A DNA stretch of 62,482 nt, the filler included, from Chthonomonadaceae bacterium (GTDB lineage Bacteria > Armatimonadota > Chthonomonadetes > Chthonomonadales > Chthonomonadaceae), in assembly GCA_035650735.1 (NCBI GenBank). It is 4 parts of 4 records of this genome, joined end to end, with 100 filler letters (N's around TTAATTAATTAA, not from the genome) between each part and the next. Parts side by side here need not be neighbours in the genome. Positions count along the whole stretch, not along the records: positions 1 to 23,525 come from DASRGZ010000096.1; 3 more parts are not named here. The stretch is one strand, 5' to 3'. The number at the start of each line of letters is the position of its first letter. The first letter of the stretch is position 1. Made by a program: the position numbers and the translations under genes. A model generated the notes under the pieces. It was not told where the DNA came from, searched no databases, and worked only from the letters and a program-made list of their open reading frames with translations. Of this stretch, positions 10,474 through 20,306 are shown piece after piece.

Positions 10474-11265
10474 TTGATAGAGGTTGACCTTGATTTTGTG
10501 AAGCTGGTGGCGAAGGAGGCGGGACTGCGGGCGGCAGGGATGCTGGCGGAAATGCGCTCCGAGCTGAAGGCGGATAACTCCTACGTCACCAACATAGACC
10601 GCGAGGTTGAGCAGTTCGTGCAGGAGCGGCTGGCGGAGCGATACCCCGATTTTGCGTTTTTGGGGGAGGAGTTCGGGCGGCACGGCAGCGAGACGGCCCC
10701 GCTCTGGGCTGTAGACCCAATTGACGGCACGACCAACATGGTCTTCGGCATTCCCTTCTGGGGCGTCTCCATCGGGCTGATTTTTGAAGGACAGCCTGTA
10801 GCGGGCGCATTCTACATGCCGCGCACCGACGAGCTTTTCTGGGGTGTGCGTGACGGTGGCGGGTTCTGTAATGGCACACGGCTTCAGGCCAAAGATCGGG
10901 ACAGCCTGCATCCAGAGGATACGCTGGGCTTTACCAGCGCCGCGATCAAGCATCTGGATGCTTCCGAGCTGCCGGGGAGGGTGCGCTGCCTGGGCAGCAT
11001 CGCTGCCGACATCGCCTATACGGCGCGGGGAACCCTTTGCAGCCTGATCGGCTGGAGCGAGGGAGCGTATGACATGGCTGCCGCGCTCTGTATTGCCAGG
11101 GAGGCCGGCTGCATCGCCGCCTACCTCACGGGGCAGCCACTGGATCTGAATGTGATCTTGCGTGAGGGCAAGACGCGCGCCCCGTTTGTGGTCGCGCCCC
11201 CGAAGCTGGCCGCGCGGCTGCAAGCTGGCGTCTTCCGACGGGAGGGCAGTCATTCGGGCGGCTAA
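10474..11265 (+). CDS. Inositol monophosphatase family protein
   Basis: VTNIDREVE, LGEE, WAVDPIDGTTN, YDMAAA motifs. Confidence 0.9.
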   Translation: MIEVDLDFVKLVAKEAGLRAAGMLAEMRSELKADNSYVTNIDREVEQFVQERLAERYPDFAFLGEEFGRHGSETAPLWAVDPIDGTTNMVFGIPFWGVSIGLIFEGQPVAGAFYMPRTDELFWGVRDGGGFCNGTRLQAKDRDSLHPEDTLGFTSAAIKHLDASELPGRVRCLGSIAADIAYTARGTLCSLIGWSEGAYDMAAALCIAREAGCIAAYLTGQPLDLNVILREGKTRAPFVVAPPKLAARLQAGVFRREGSHSGG

Positions 11266-11302
11266 AAATTGGGAGAGGGGAGGGCAGAAGCCAGGGTTTG
11301 CC

Positions 11303-11396
11303 TCTGCCCGCGTAGGCGGGCAAAATGCACTTCTCGCCCACGTAGGTGGGCGACGGGCGCTTTGCGCCCCCGATCGGCAGGGTTTAGCCTGCCGCT
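11303..11396. repeat. REP-like hairpin cluster between convergent genes
   Basis: Hairpins GCCCGCGTAGGCGGGC, GCCCACGTAGGTGGGC and CGGCAGGGTTTAGCCTGCCG; the last two recur at about 23771-23828. Confidence 0.7.
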
Positions 11397-11421
11397 TTAG
11401 GGAGTTAGGTCAACCAGGAAA

Positions 11422-11820
11422 CTACCGACCGGTTCCGGCCTCCTCGCCCTGGCGATACTCCGCCGTCACCACGGAGGAGAACCCGCCACGCACGTTAAAG
11501 TCGCCCCGAACGGTCATCTGGCGGGGTTGGCAGACGGCCACAAGATCATCGAGGATGCGATTGATGACCGCCTCATAAAATATCCCCTGCTGCCGGTAGG
11601 CGAAGAAGTAGAGCTTTAGCGCCTTGAGCTCCAGGCACTTGCGGTCGGGGATGTAGTCTATCGTAATCGTGGCGAAGTCCGGCTGACCCGTCTTCGGGCA
11701 GACCGAGGTAAACTCCGGGCAGGTATGAACGATACGGTAATCGCGCTCCGGGCGCGGGTTATCGAAAACTTCCAGCAGGGCCATCTGCTGTTCGCGGGTC
11801 ACTGGTTCTCGTACATCCAT
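11422..11820 (-). CDS. queF: NADPH-dependent 7-cyano-7-deazaguanine (preQ0) reductase
   Basis: [23 protein letters not shown] and FNVRGG motifs. Confidence 0.95.
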   Translation of the reverse strand: MDVREPVTREQQMALLEVFDNPRPERDYRIVHTCPEFTSVCPKTGQPDFATITIDYIPDRKCLELKALKLYFFAYRQQGIFYEAVINRILDDLVAVCQPRQMTVRGDFNVRGGFSSVVTAEYRQGEEAGTGR

Positions 11821-11988
11821 CGTGCTTGCTTCAATCCTTCACTGAATAACGTTCCCATCCATTATACACGCTGAAAAAGCCGGTTTCAAATCGCAAGGTG
11901 TTTGTCAAAATTCTAGCTTAATTGTAGAAGGGAAATCATAGCTCGTTACGAATTTAGTAATAATGCCCTGTTTATGAGAGGAGGAGCT

Positions 11989-12615
11989 ATGATTACTAAC
12001 CCCTATGCCGGCACCCCCGCCGAAGCCGGATGGAGCATGGGCCTGGCCTATGGCTATGCCGGTCCTGCCTACTCGGATGCGCCGCCCGCCGTCATCGCCC
12101 CCGACCTTGTGGATGCCTTCAACGAGGGACGCCTGGTAGGCCAACAGTACGCTGCTGAGGGTATTCCCGTCTCCCCAGAGTGCATGGACGCCAGAGAAGA
12201 GGTGCCTGGGACCGTGGAGGGCGTCATTACCGGTGGGGAGATTGTCCATGCCGTGGGGGAAATGGTCTTGAAGCATCTGGCACGCGGGGTGGCCGGTTTA
12301 GTGGTCGCCTTTATCGAAGCCTCGGTGTCGTTACAAACTCACTACCAGGCCCCGGAAAATGCTCTTGGCACGCTTGGCGAGCAGTTCGTCGAGCAACTCG
12401 CGCAATTGGGCATCCAGGACTCGCTGGAAATCTATTGTGCCATGGGCATAGATTACCAGGCAGAAGGGTGTCAATTCCGCTTCTCTTCCCTGTTCAAGTC
12501 GATTGATCAGGCCCGTCAGGCCGCAAACGCGATGGGACGCTCCACATGGGTTATCGCCCGCTGGCGCACGGATGCCTGTGGCAGTCTGGAATTGGTAGAG
12601 GGAAACGGATTTTAG
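11989..12615 (+). CDS. Hypothetical protein upstream of the MACPF-like/LRR gene
   Basis: Strong AGGAGGAG RBS before ATG 11989; 208 aa; no recognisable family. Confidence 0.7.
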   Translation: MITNPYAGTPAEAGWSMGLAYGYAGPAYSDAPPAVIAPDLVDAFNEGRLVGQQYAAEGIPVSPECMDAREEVPGTVEGVITGGEIVHAVGEMVLKHLARGVAGLVVAFIEASVSLQTHYQAPENALGTLGEQFVEQLAQLGIQDSLEIYCAMGIDYQAEGCQFRFSSLFKSIDQARQAANAMGRSTWVIARWRTDACGSLELVEGNGF

Positions 12616-12776
12616 GCGGTTTTCCCGACTTGCCAGGGCGGAGCCTCTGGGCTCGCGCGGCTTGTTCGCTCCTGTGCCCGTACCCAGGACCGGGGCGAAC
12701 AATAACATGAGGGCTTTGCTCCACCGGGCACGGCGCGGTTTGGATTGTGCCAGGATCTCTGGAGGTAGGAGGCAAT

Positions 12777-14837
12777 ATGCCAACAAAGGTGGCCCAGGTT
12801 CGGCAATTGTTATACAATAACGAAGAGATTGGTATGGGGTTCAATAGCGACACGGGCCTTGCCGTGGGCACGGCCTTAGAGTTCGATACGCCCACGCGAG
12901 ACCCCGGCCAGACTGTTCCCAGCGCGACCGCCGATATCGTCACCACCCATGACCAGTTGATGGATACGCTTAATATATCGGCACAGGTGCAGGGCCACTA
13001 TGCCTTCGCCTCAGGCAGCGCTAAAGTGGATTTTTCCAAAAAAACGGGCTATAACTCGGTTTCCACGTTTGTGGTGGCGCATATGGTCATTACCAACATA
13101 ATCACCCGAGGCCATAACTTTCGGATAAGCCAGAACGCAAAGGCGCTATTAGACAGCAATCAGATAGACGCTTTCCAGACGGCCTTTGGGGATTCGTTTG
13201 TGCGTGGCTTATTCACCGGTGGCGAGTTCTATGCGGTTATGCGAATTACTTCCGTGGATACCTCGGTTCAGACGGATCTGGCCGTAAAACTCCAAATGGA
13301 AATCAACGGCGGTGTTGCAGGTGGCTCCTTCAGCGGGGCCTTAAATAAAGCCAACAGCGAACAGCACTCGCGGGCAGAGTTCCATGTAACTTATTATCAA
13401 AGCGGCGGCGCTGGGGAGGCCGAAATCGGTACCACACTCAGCGTGGATGAAGTCAAGGCCAGGCTGCATAACCTTCCCACCGCCGTCATGAACCATCCGG
13501 TTCCCCACATGATAGAAGTCGCCACCTACGATACCATTCCCATCCCTCTGCCTTCCAAGGAGCAGCAGGAGGATTTCTTAATGGCCCTGGCCGATGCCGA
13601 CCAGAAGAAGCTGCAATACCTTCAACAGTACAACGATTTGATGTTTGCCCACGACAACCCCGACTTTTTTGAGGATCCTCCGGATGCCATGACACTACAG
13701 ACGGCGGCCGGTGTCTATTTACAGGCCGTTAATGCCGTTATAGACCATGCCGTCCGGCTCTCAAATGGGCAGATTAACCCTCCACAATTTTTCGACCCTG
13801 CCAAGGTCAACCCGCCGCTTGTCTTGCCTAGTATTACTCTGCGCAAGAAAAACATGGGGCTGGAACGCAGTTTTGCCGACTGGTACATCTTTCGTAATGA
13901 CCCCACGACCCTCAGAGAGGATCAAAAACTGGTGAACGAAATCGTGCTGAATGCGCAGTCCCGACTGAGCAACTTCGAGGCCATAGTGGATCCGAGCGGC
14001 GACCCGGCCAAGACGGATAAACTGCGCGGTGACGCCCTGGCTACAGCGGTCAACACGTTGACCGAAATTTCGTTCACCGGCGGGAACTCCGAGGCCGCGC
14101 AATCGGGCCTGACCTCCATCGCCCATTTGCCGACGATGCTGCCCCCCACGATGCAGAGGGTTGACCTGTCCTTTAACCAACTCCTCAATCTACGCGGGAT
14201 TGAACATTTCACCAGTCTCGTAAGCCTGGATATGACCTATAACAGGATCGGCGACATTTCACCCTTAAGCGCTCTTACCCTGCTGAAGGAGCTTAAGATT
14301 GCTGGTAATGAAATCGTTGACCTCACCCCTCTCCAGGGATTGTCCAACCTGAAAACTCTCTATCTTGAAGGGCTCGTTGTGGAATATCTCAACGGAAGAA
14401 GTAACAGTTTTAACGCAACGAACCCCATCCAGGACGCAACAGCGCTCAAGGCTATTCCTGGCCTTGCCAATCCCTTCGTCCTGGGAGACAAGCTTTCGGT
14501 GCGCTGGGGCAACCTTAAGCAAGGCGCGGGCGCGCAGTTTACAGGCACCGCCGAGAGGATTGGCCGCTCTCATCGGTTCGCCGTCCATCTGACAAGGGGA
14601 AACGAATCTTTGGCGGATGAGTGGAGGCTGGCTGGTATCGAGGAGATAGTGGGGGATTTACCCATTCCGAACGCGCCCCCGACCGCTGGAGGCCGGATGG
14701 TGATGATCTTGAGAACAAGCACAAATCATCTGGCCGGGGGGCTTTTGCTCCCTGGTGGGGATCCTACCAAGATCGTCGCGGACTCGGCCAATCCTTTATT
14801 TAGCGGCGAATCCTACGACGCCACAGTGATTCAATAA
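12777..14837 (+). CDS. MACPF/CDC-like domain protein with C-terminal leucine-rich repeats
   Basis: FGDSFVRGLFTGG resembles the MACPF (Y/F)GxxF..GG signature; internalin-type LRRs (LVSLDMTYNRIGDISPLSALTLLKELKIAGNEIVDLTPL); GGAGG RBS. Confidence 0.7.
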   Translation: MPTKVAQVRQLLYNNEEIGMGFNSDTGLAVGTALEFDTPTRDPGQTVPSATADIVTTHDQLMDTLNISAQVQGHYAFASGSAKVDFSKKTGYNSVSTFVVAHMVITNIITRGHNFRISQNAKALLDSNQIDAFQTAFGDSFVRGLFTGGEFYAVMRITSVDTSVQTDLAVKLQMEINGGVAGGSFSGALNKANSEQHSRAEFHVTYYQSGGAGEAEIGTTLSVDEVKARLHNLPTAVMNHPVPHMIEVATYDTIPIPLPSKEQQEDFLMALADADQKKLQYLQQYNDLMFAHDNPDFFEDPPDAMTLQTAAGVYLQAVNAVIDHAVRLSNGQINPPQFFDPAKVNPPLVLPSITLRKKNMGLERSFADWYIFRNDPTTLREDQKLVNEIVLNAQSRLSNFEAIVDPSGDPAKTDKLRGDALATAVNTLTEISFTGGNSEAAQSGLTSIAHLPTMLPPTMQRVDLSFNQLLNLRGIEHFTSLVSLDMTYNRIGDISPLSALTLLKELKIAGNEIVDLTPLQGLSNLKTLYLEGLVVEYLNGRSNSFNATNPIQDATALKAIPGLANPFVLGDKLSVRWGNLKQGAGAQFTGTAERIGRSHRFAVHLTRGNESLADEWRLAGIEEIVGDLPIPNAPPTAGGRMVMILRTSTNHLAGGLLLPGGDPTKIVADSANPLFSGESYDATVIQ

Positions 14838-14863
14838 GGGTAACTTCCCTCGCGCAGGCGGTA

Positions 14864-14945
14864 GGTAGACACTCCCAGCCGTGTTGATCAATCTCAAGCA
14901 GCCTGCTGCTGAGGAGATACGTCAATACCGTTGGGAGGGATTACC
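14864..14945 (+). mobile_element. 82-bp MITE, copy 2
   Basis: Near-identical to 6217-6298; flanked by the 8-bp direct repeat AGGCGGTA (14856-14863, 14946-14953). Confidence 0.93.
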
Positions 14946-15187
14946 AGGCGGTAGGGCAGAGGCAAGAATTACCCGGCAATGGATGTAGCAGCAGGATGCT
15001 GGAAAGAGAGCCACTTTCGCTGAAACTTTTTTCGTGAATTTTCTGTCGGTCTTTTAGCAAGGCGCTCTGTTCTGACGATAAGGTTCATGAATGCGTCCTC
15101 CGCTTGTCCCGCGCTTACCGCCGCAGGGACATTTGCTGGCACCGCCCGCTGGCAGAGACGCAAATCTATGTGATGGAGGTGGATTGA

Positions 15188-15265
15188 ATGTCGGTCCAAG
15201 TACAAGCAAACGATACCCTTGTCGAATACTGGCCCTGTCCACCGGGAGATCACGTCTCACCCTGA
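15188..15265 (+). CDS. Candidate leader peptide MSVQVQANDTLVEYWPCPPGDHVSP
   Basis: GGAGGT 6 nt before ATG; its 3' end overlaps a hairpin; lies upstream of a terminator-like structure. Confidence 0.4.
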   Translation: MSVQVQANDTLVEYWPCPPGDHVSP

Positions 15266-15378
15266 TACGGCTTAAACGGCTGCCGGGTGGAGACTATCTC
15301 TAATCCCGATTGCTTCTTCCCAAAGAGACACAGGGGCCGTGCGGCGCAATGCCGCGCACGGTTCGTCTCGCCTCGAGG

Positions 15379-15415
15379 AAGCCGCAGGTGGACAGCGCCT
15401 GGGGCTTTTTATTTT
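15379..15415 (+). terminator. Intrinsic terminator-like hairpin in the sigma-factor leader
   Basis: AAGCC-G-CAGGTG...CGCCTG-G-GGCTT followed by a T-rich tract, ending about 34 nt before the sigma ATG. Confidence 0.55.
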
Positions 15416-15448
15416 GCCGTCTTGAGGAAACTGGGAGAAGCAACACGC

Positions 15449-15958
15449 ATGCAGCCCTGGCTTGATATGGCGGGCGAGGCAGTCTCGCCCTTACAAATCC
15501 AATTACTGGAGTCGCTACGACCTCGCATTGAAAAAATGGCCGCCTATTTCGGGCGGCAGAGCGGCGTAGAGGAGGACGATCTGCGCCAGGAGGCATGGCT
15601 GGCCGTTCTGGAGATGCTGCCTCGCCTCGATAGGAGCATCGGGACGCCGGAGCAGCACCTGCTCAAACGCGCCCGGTGGCGGATTCTGGATACCATTCGT
15701 TGGCAGCGCCGACGCAGGCAAGTTTCGCTCTCCGAGCTAGAGACGCACACGCTCTCTTACCTGGATGCACGCGGCGACCTGGATCTGGGCCTGTTGCAGT
15801 CTCGCCTGACCACGGCGCAGCGGCGCATCCTGCGCGGCCTGCTGGAAGGCTATACCTGGCGCGAGGTGGGCGAATTGGTCGGATGCACCTCCGCCAACGT
15901 CGCCTATCACGTCCGCCGCATCCGGGAAGCCTACCTCCAGCTTCAGGCAGAACCATAA
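15449..15958 (+). CDS. Small sigma-70 family (ECF/SigH-like) RNA polymerase sigma factor
   Basis: Region 2-like EEDDLRQEAWLAVLE...RARWRILDTIR; region 4 HTH RLTTAQRRILRGLLEGYTWREVGELVGCTSANV. Confidence 0.8.
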   Translation: MQPWLDMAGEAVSPLQIQLLESLRPRIEKMAAYFGRQSGVEEDDLRQEAWLAVLEMLPRLDRSIGTPEQHLLKRARWRILDTIRWQRRRRQVSLSELETHTLSYLDARGDLDLGLLQSRLTTAQRRILRGLLEGYTWREVGELVGCTSANVAYHVRRIREAYLQLQAEP

Positions 15959-16256
15959 CGATTTCCTCCCCTGCCGCGTTTTGGCACGATACAAGCACTC
16001 TCAGGCCCGGACTGTTTCCCTTTGAGAAAGCAGGTCGGGCCTTTTTGGGCTGAAATTTCCTTCCTACCGGGCAAAAAGAGGGCAAAATCGCAGGAAAAGC
16101 CTCTCCGGCGGGCGAACTACCTGCTGAAGCCGCGGCCTGCTGTGTGCCCCGGTCGCCAGGCAGTCTCCAGATAGGGCGCGCGCAGGACCGCCGGTTTGGG
16201 CTGTTACGTCTCATCCCCCTCGCTGTTCATACTGTACGAAAGGATACAAGACGCCC

Positions 16257-17222
16257 ATGCGAACCTGGAAATTGCGCTGCTGCCTGGCTGTCCTGCTGAT
16301 CCCGCTGGCTCTGCTGCCCCTGTCCGCCTTGACGCCTGCCGCCCAGGCCCAGAACGCCGCGCCCTCCGTTGTCAAGCCCGCAAAGCCAAAGCGGGTGCGC
16401 TCCGCCGTGAAATCGGCCAATATGAAAACGGGCGAGATCGCGGCCATAGACACGACGGCACAAACCCTCACGCTCAAAGAGAGGACGGGCAAAACGGTCA
16501 CCTATGCCCTGACCGACCGAACGCATATCTTGAAGAACAAGCGCCCAGTAGAACTCTCCGATTTCAAGGTTGGCGACGTGGTGGCGCTTAGGGTCCGCAA
16601 GGCGCGCGGGGACGAGCCGCCTAAAGTCGGCGAGATGGCCGATCCGGAGACGGCGCAATGGCTGAAAGGGCTGCGCACCAAAACCCAGGCCGTCGCCGTG
16701 AAAGAGATTTCCGAGGACCGCCTGGTCGCCTCGCTTGGCGGCGACGAGGTTTCCTACGTTATCAGCGACAAGACGCGCTGGAGCAAGGGCGGAAAAGAGG
16801 CGGCGCCGGAGGACTTCAAGGCGGGAGAGACCGTCTACATCGTGCCGCGCGGCCTGCCCAACGGCGCGATCATGGCGCGGGCCGTTGCCGATAGCGAGCA
16901 GGCCGCGGCCCGGCTCAAGGAACGCCTGGCCCGCAGCCTCCACGGCACGCTGCAAGGTCTGGATACGACCCAGCACCAGATCACCCTGCTGACGGCGGCG
17001 GGCGAGACGCGCATCCTGCCCTACACGGAAGAAACCGAGGTGCGCCAGGGCGGCAAGACGCTGCCGCTGGCCGCGCTCAAGCCCGGCCAGCGGGTCAGCG
17101 TCTCCATCCGGCGCAATGAGGCTGACGAGGAGACCGCCGCGCGCATCACCCTCCAGAGAGCAAAACGCGCCACCCGCAAGTCCGCTGTGGGAGCGGCCTC
17201 CGGCAGCGCGGGCAAGCCATAG
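16257..17222 (+). CDS. Exported protein with three OB-fold-like (DUF5666-like) repeats
   Basis: Signal peptide (..AAQA); repeated G.I..ID.....TL...G.......T......L.DFK.G..V pattern. Confidence 0.65.
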   Translation: MRTWKLRCCLAVLLIPLALLPLSALTPAAQAQNAAPSVVKPAKPKRVRSAVKSANMKTGEIAAIDTTAQTLTLKERTGKTVTYALTDRTHILKNKRPVELSDFKVGDVVALRVRKARGDEPPKVGEMADPETAQWLKGLRTKTQAVAVKEISEDRLVASLGGDEVSYVISDKTRWSKGGKEAAPEDFKAGETVYIVPRGLPNGAIMARAVADSEQAAARLKERLARSLHGTLQGLDTTQHQITLLTAAGETRILPYTEETEVRQGGKTLPLAALKPGQRVSVSIRRNEADEETAARITLQRAKRATRKSAVGAASGSAGKP

Positions 17223-17282
17223 AGAGAAAACCGACAATCGGACCCTGTCTGGTTTCGGTTTCTTAAGGAAGGGAAATCGGCT

Positions 17283-18203
17283 ATGATGCCAGGCACATTA
17301 TGCGTGCTCCTGGTCGTCTGGTTTTGCCTGGCGTCTCTAGGAACGGACGCGGAAAAGCCGCTCGTTCTGCCGGTCTGGCCAGACAAGGTTCCGGGGGATT
17401 ACGGCACGATTGGCGAGGAGAGAATCCGTGACCCCTCGGATGCCCCCACCAAGGATGCCAAGTGGATAACCAACGTCACCAAGCCGACAATCACCGTGTT
17501 CCGGCCCGCCCCGGAGAAGAACACCGGAGCCGCCATGCTCATCTGCCCCGGAGGCGGCTACTGGAACCTGGCCTGGGACCTCGAAGGTGAAGAGGTGGCT
17601 GCCTGGTTCAATTCGGTTGGCATCACCGGCATCGTGCTCAAGTACCGCGTGCCCCGTCGTCCCGGACAGCCCGAAAAGCTGCCTGCGCCCGGACCCCTCC
17701 TGGACGCCCAGCGCGCGCTCAGCCTGGTGCGCAGCAAGGCCCGAGAGTGGGGCATTGATCCCCACCGGATCGGCATGGTCGGCTTCTCGGCAGGCGGACA
17801 CCTGGCGCTGACGACGGCCACCCACTTCGATAAGCGCGCCTACGAGCCTATAGACGAGGTAGATACGGTCAGTTGTCGCCCGGACTTCGTGGTGGCGGTC
17901 TATTCGGGCTATCTGGTGGACGAAGCGACCGGAGTGCTCCAACCCTACATTCGGATCCCGGCGGGGACGCCTCCGGTCATGCTGGTGCACGCCAGCGACG
18001 ACAGCATGGCCAAGGCCGACCACAGCGTAGGGATGTACCTGGCCTTGAAGCAGGCGGGGGTTTCGGCGGAATTACACATGTATGCGGCGGGGGAGCACGG
18101 TTTCGGAGTGCGCAAGAGCGGCAAGTCGTGTTCGACCTGGCCAGACCGTTGTGTGGACTGGCTGCGAGACCTGGGAGTGCTCAGGCCGAACTCTGATCAA
18201 TAG
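17283..18203 (+). CDS. Secreted alpha/beta hydrolase (esterase, xylan-esterase-like)
   Basis: ICPGGGY, GFSAGG nucleophile elbow, HASDD, GEHGFG. Confidence 0.88.
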   Translation: MMPGTLCVLLVVWFCLASLGTDAEKPLVLPVWPDKVPGDYGTIGEERIRDPSDAPTKDAKWITNVTKPTITVFRPAPEKNTGAAMLICPGGGYWNLAWDLEGEEVAAWFNSVGITGIVLKYRVPRRPGQPEKLPAPGPLLDAQRALSLVRSKAREWGIDPHRIGMVGFSAGGHLALTTATHFDKRAYEPIDEVDTVSCRPDFVVAVYSGYLVDEATGVLQPYIRIPAGTPPVMLVHASDDSMAKADHSVGMYLALKQAGVSAELHMYAAGEHGFGVRKSGKSCSTWPDRCVDWLRDLGVLRPNSDQ

Positions 18204-18238
18204 ATACTCCCGCTTGTTGGATACAGAAAGGAAGCAGG

Positions 18239-19189
18239 ATGACGGCAGCGCCCCGCATTGTCGTTATCGGCAGCGCGAATATGGATCTGGTGGTGCGCGT
18301 GGAGCATATTCCTGCGCCCGGTGAGACCGTTCTGGGCGGGGCGTTTGTCACGGTGCCCGGCGGCAAGGGCGCCAACCAGGCGGTCGCGGCGGCGCGGCTG
18401 GGCGCACAGGTGGAGTTTGTCGGGCGCGTCGGCGCCGATGTCTTCGGGGATGCCCTGCTCGCCGCCCTGAGCGAGGCCGGGGTAGACACCCGCCTTATCG
18501 CCCGCGACCCCGATCAGCCAAGCGGCGTGGCGCTCATCGGCGTGGATGCGCAGGGGCAGAACGCGATCATCGTCGCGCCCGGCGCCAACGGGCAGGTCGG
18601 CCCTGCCGATATAGACGCGGCGCGGGAGAGCATCGCGGCGGCGCAGGCCGTCGTCATTCAACTGGAGATCCCTCGGGAGACCGTCGCCTATGCGGTCGGT
18701 GCGGCGAAGGCGGCGGGTACGCAGGTCATCCTCAATCCCGCCCCGGTGCGCCATACCCATCCCTTGCCCGGCCCACTGCTGCGGCAGGTGGATCTGCTGA
18801 CGCCCAACGAGCACGAGGCTGCCAACCTGCTCGGTCTGGAATCACCGGAAGGACTAACTTGGGAGGAGGTGGCGGCCGAGCTGCGGGCGCGCGGCGTCGG
18901 CACGGTCGTCATCACGCTGGGCGCGGAGGGATGCCTGCTGGCCTCGGAAGAGGGCCTACGTCGGCTTCCCGCCCTGCCCGTTACGCCGGTGGATACGACG
19001 GCGGCGGGCGACTGCTTCACGGGCGCGCTCGCGGTGGCGCTGGCGGAAGGCGGCTCCCTGGACGCCGCGGCCCAGTTCGCCACGCGCGCTGCCGCCCTTT
19101 CGGTAACACGCCTGGGGGCGCAGCCCTCGCTGCCTACCCGCGCCGAAGTCGATTCCTTTGGCGGGGAGTGTCTATGTGATTTCAGGTAG
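18239..19189 (+). CDS. rbsK: Ribokinase
   Basis: GSANMDLV, PGGKGANQAVAAARLG, QLEIP, NPAP, PNEHE, DTTAAGDCF. Confidence 0.92.
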   Translation: MTAAPRIVVIGSANMDLVVRVEHIPAPGETVLGGAFVTVPGGKGANQAVAAARLGAQVEFVGRVGADVFGDALLAALSEAGVDTRLIARDPDQPSGVALIGVDAQGQNAIIVAPGANGQVGPADIDAARESIAAAQAVVIQLEIPRETVAYAVGAAKAAGTQVILNPAPVRHTHPLPGPLLRQVDLLTPNEHEAANLLGLESPEGLTWEEVAAELRARGVGTVVITLGAEGCLLASEEGLRRLPALPVTPVDTTAAGDCFTGALAVALAEGGSLDAAAQFATRAAALSVTRLGAQPSLPTRAEVDSFGGECLCDFR

Positions 19190-19345
19190 AAAGCCAATCA
19201 GATTGTAGTAATGCTCTCCGGTGTTTGACAAGAGAGTGTTCGATTGGGTACGCTGTACTGGCAGCAGTTCCCTACTATCCGGGCTCGGAGCGGGCAATCC
19301 ATCCGCCATCCAGCCCTGCATGGAAGTCTGCTCAGGAGGACAGGC

Positions 19346-20179
19346 ATGAAATCCGCTTTTCGCTGTATCGGGACTTGGTTGCTCGCAGGCGCGCTCTGGT
19401 GCAGATTGGCCGCAATGGCCCTTCCCGCGGGAGCACAGAGTCTGCGTGATGTCCGCGTGGACCCCTATCCGCCAGGCACCCAGGTCGGCATACTTACCGA
19501 CATCAGCGGGCGCACCGCCTGGATTCGGTTCCCCGATCCGCTGCCGACCAACGCCCGCGTGGATATCTCGGCATACTCGGAGGGCGCCGACGTGCTGGCG
19601 ATGGGCAGAGTGCGCTGGGTTTCCCCCGTTGCGCCCTACGATGCCTACGTCGTGGATATTCGGACGGTGACGACCTCGCATGATATTAACCCCGATGAGG
19701 ACCTTTTCGTCATCGGGCCGCTCTTCAAGGCGAAGAAGTCATTCGGGGAGATACCCGTTACCGAGCCGTATGGCGTACCGATTGCCACCGGGTTCTTCGC
19801 GCGCACGGCGGTCGCCCGGCCCCCGGCAGCAGTGGTGGAACCCGTGCGGACCCTCATCGGCGCGCTGCGTGCGCAACGCAGCCCGGCGGCCAATGCCATC
19901 GCCGATGCCGCTCAACGCGCGCTCGGACCCGACCCACTCGCCGCTGATACGGACATACCCGCCGAGGAAGCCGTCAATTACACTCAATTGGCGGACAACC
20001 TGCGCCGCTTTCACCGCCTCCAGATCGCCGATCCCATCACGAAGCACATCCTGGATCGGTTGGATCGTATCGCACGCGCCAATGCCGGCGCCGGGGCCCG
20101 GGTCAGCAAAGACATGCTGCGGGTGACGCCCCCGCTGATGGAGCAAGGGACGAGTTTCGGCCCGGGCACCGTCCGCTAG
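19346..20179 (+). CDS. Exported hypothetical protein
   Basis: AGGAGG RBS; signal-peptide-like N-terminus ending AGA-QS. Confidence 0.65.
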   Translation: MKSAFRCIGTWLLAGALWCRLAAMALPAGAQSLRDVRVDPYPPGTQVGILTDISGRTAWIRFPDPLPTNARVDISAYSEGADVLAMGRVRWVSPVAPYDAYVVDIRTVTTSHDINPDEDLFVIGPLFKAKKSFGEIPVTEPYGVPIATGFFARTAVARPPAAVVEPVRTLIGALRAQRSPAANAIADAAQRALGPDPLAADTDIPAEEAVNYTQLADNLRRFHRLQIADPITKHILDRLDRIARANAGAGARVSKDMLRVTPPLMEQGTSFGPGTVR

Positions 20180-20209
20180 GCTAAATAGGGTATACGGAAG
20201 CTACCGGCA

Positions 20210-20257
20210 GCCCGGCCCGAAAGCGGCAGGCTCAATCCTGATGCTTTCGGGCCGGGC
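20210..20257. other. GC-rich hairpin with a 15-bp perfect stem
   Basis: GCCCGGCCCGAAAGC...GCTTTCGGGCCGGGC between co-oriented genes; no clear U tract. Confidence 0.55.
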
Positions 20258-20306
20258 GGGGCCACCTAAATTTGCTCATCTCTTTGCTTGAAGGACTGTT
20301 TGCGTT

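Noticed and set aside
11821..11975. preQ1 riboswitch upstream of queF
   Set aside because: No recognisable preQ1 stem-loop with an A-rich tail by eye; an Rfam scan would settle it.
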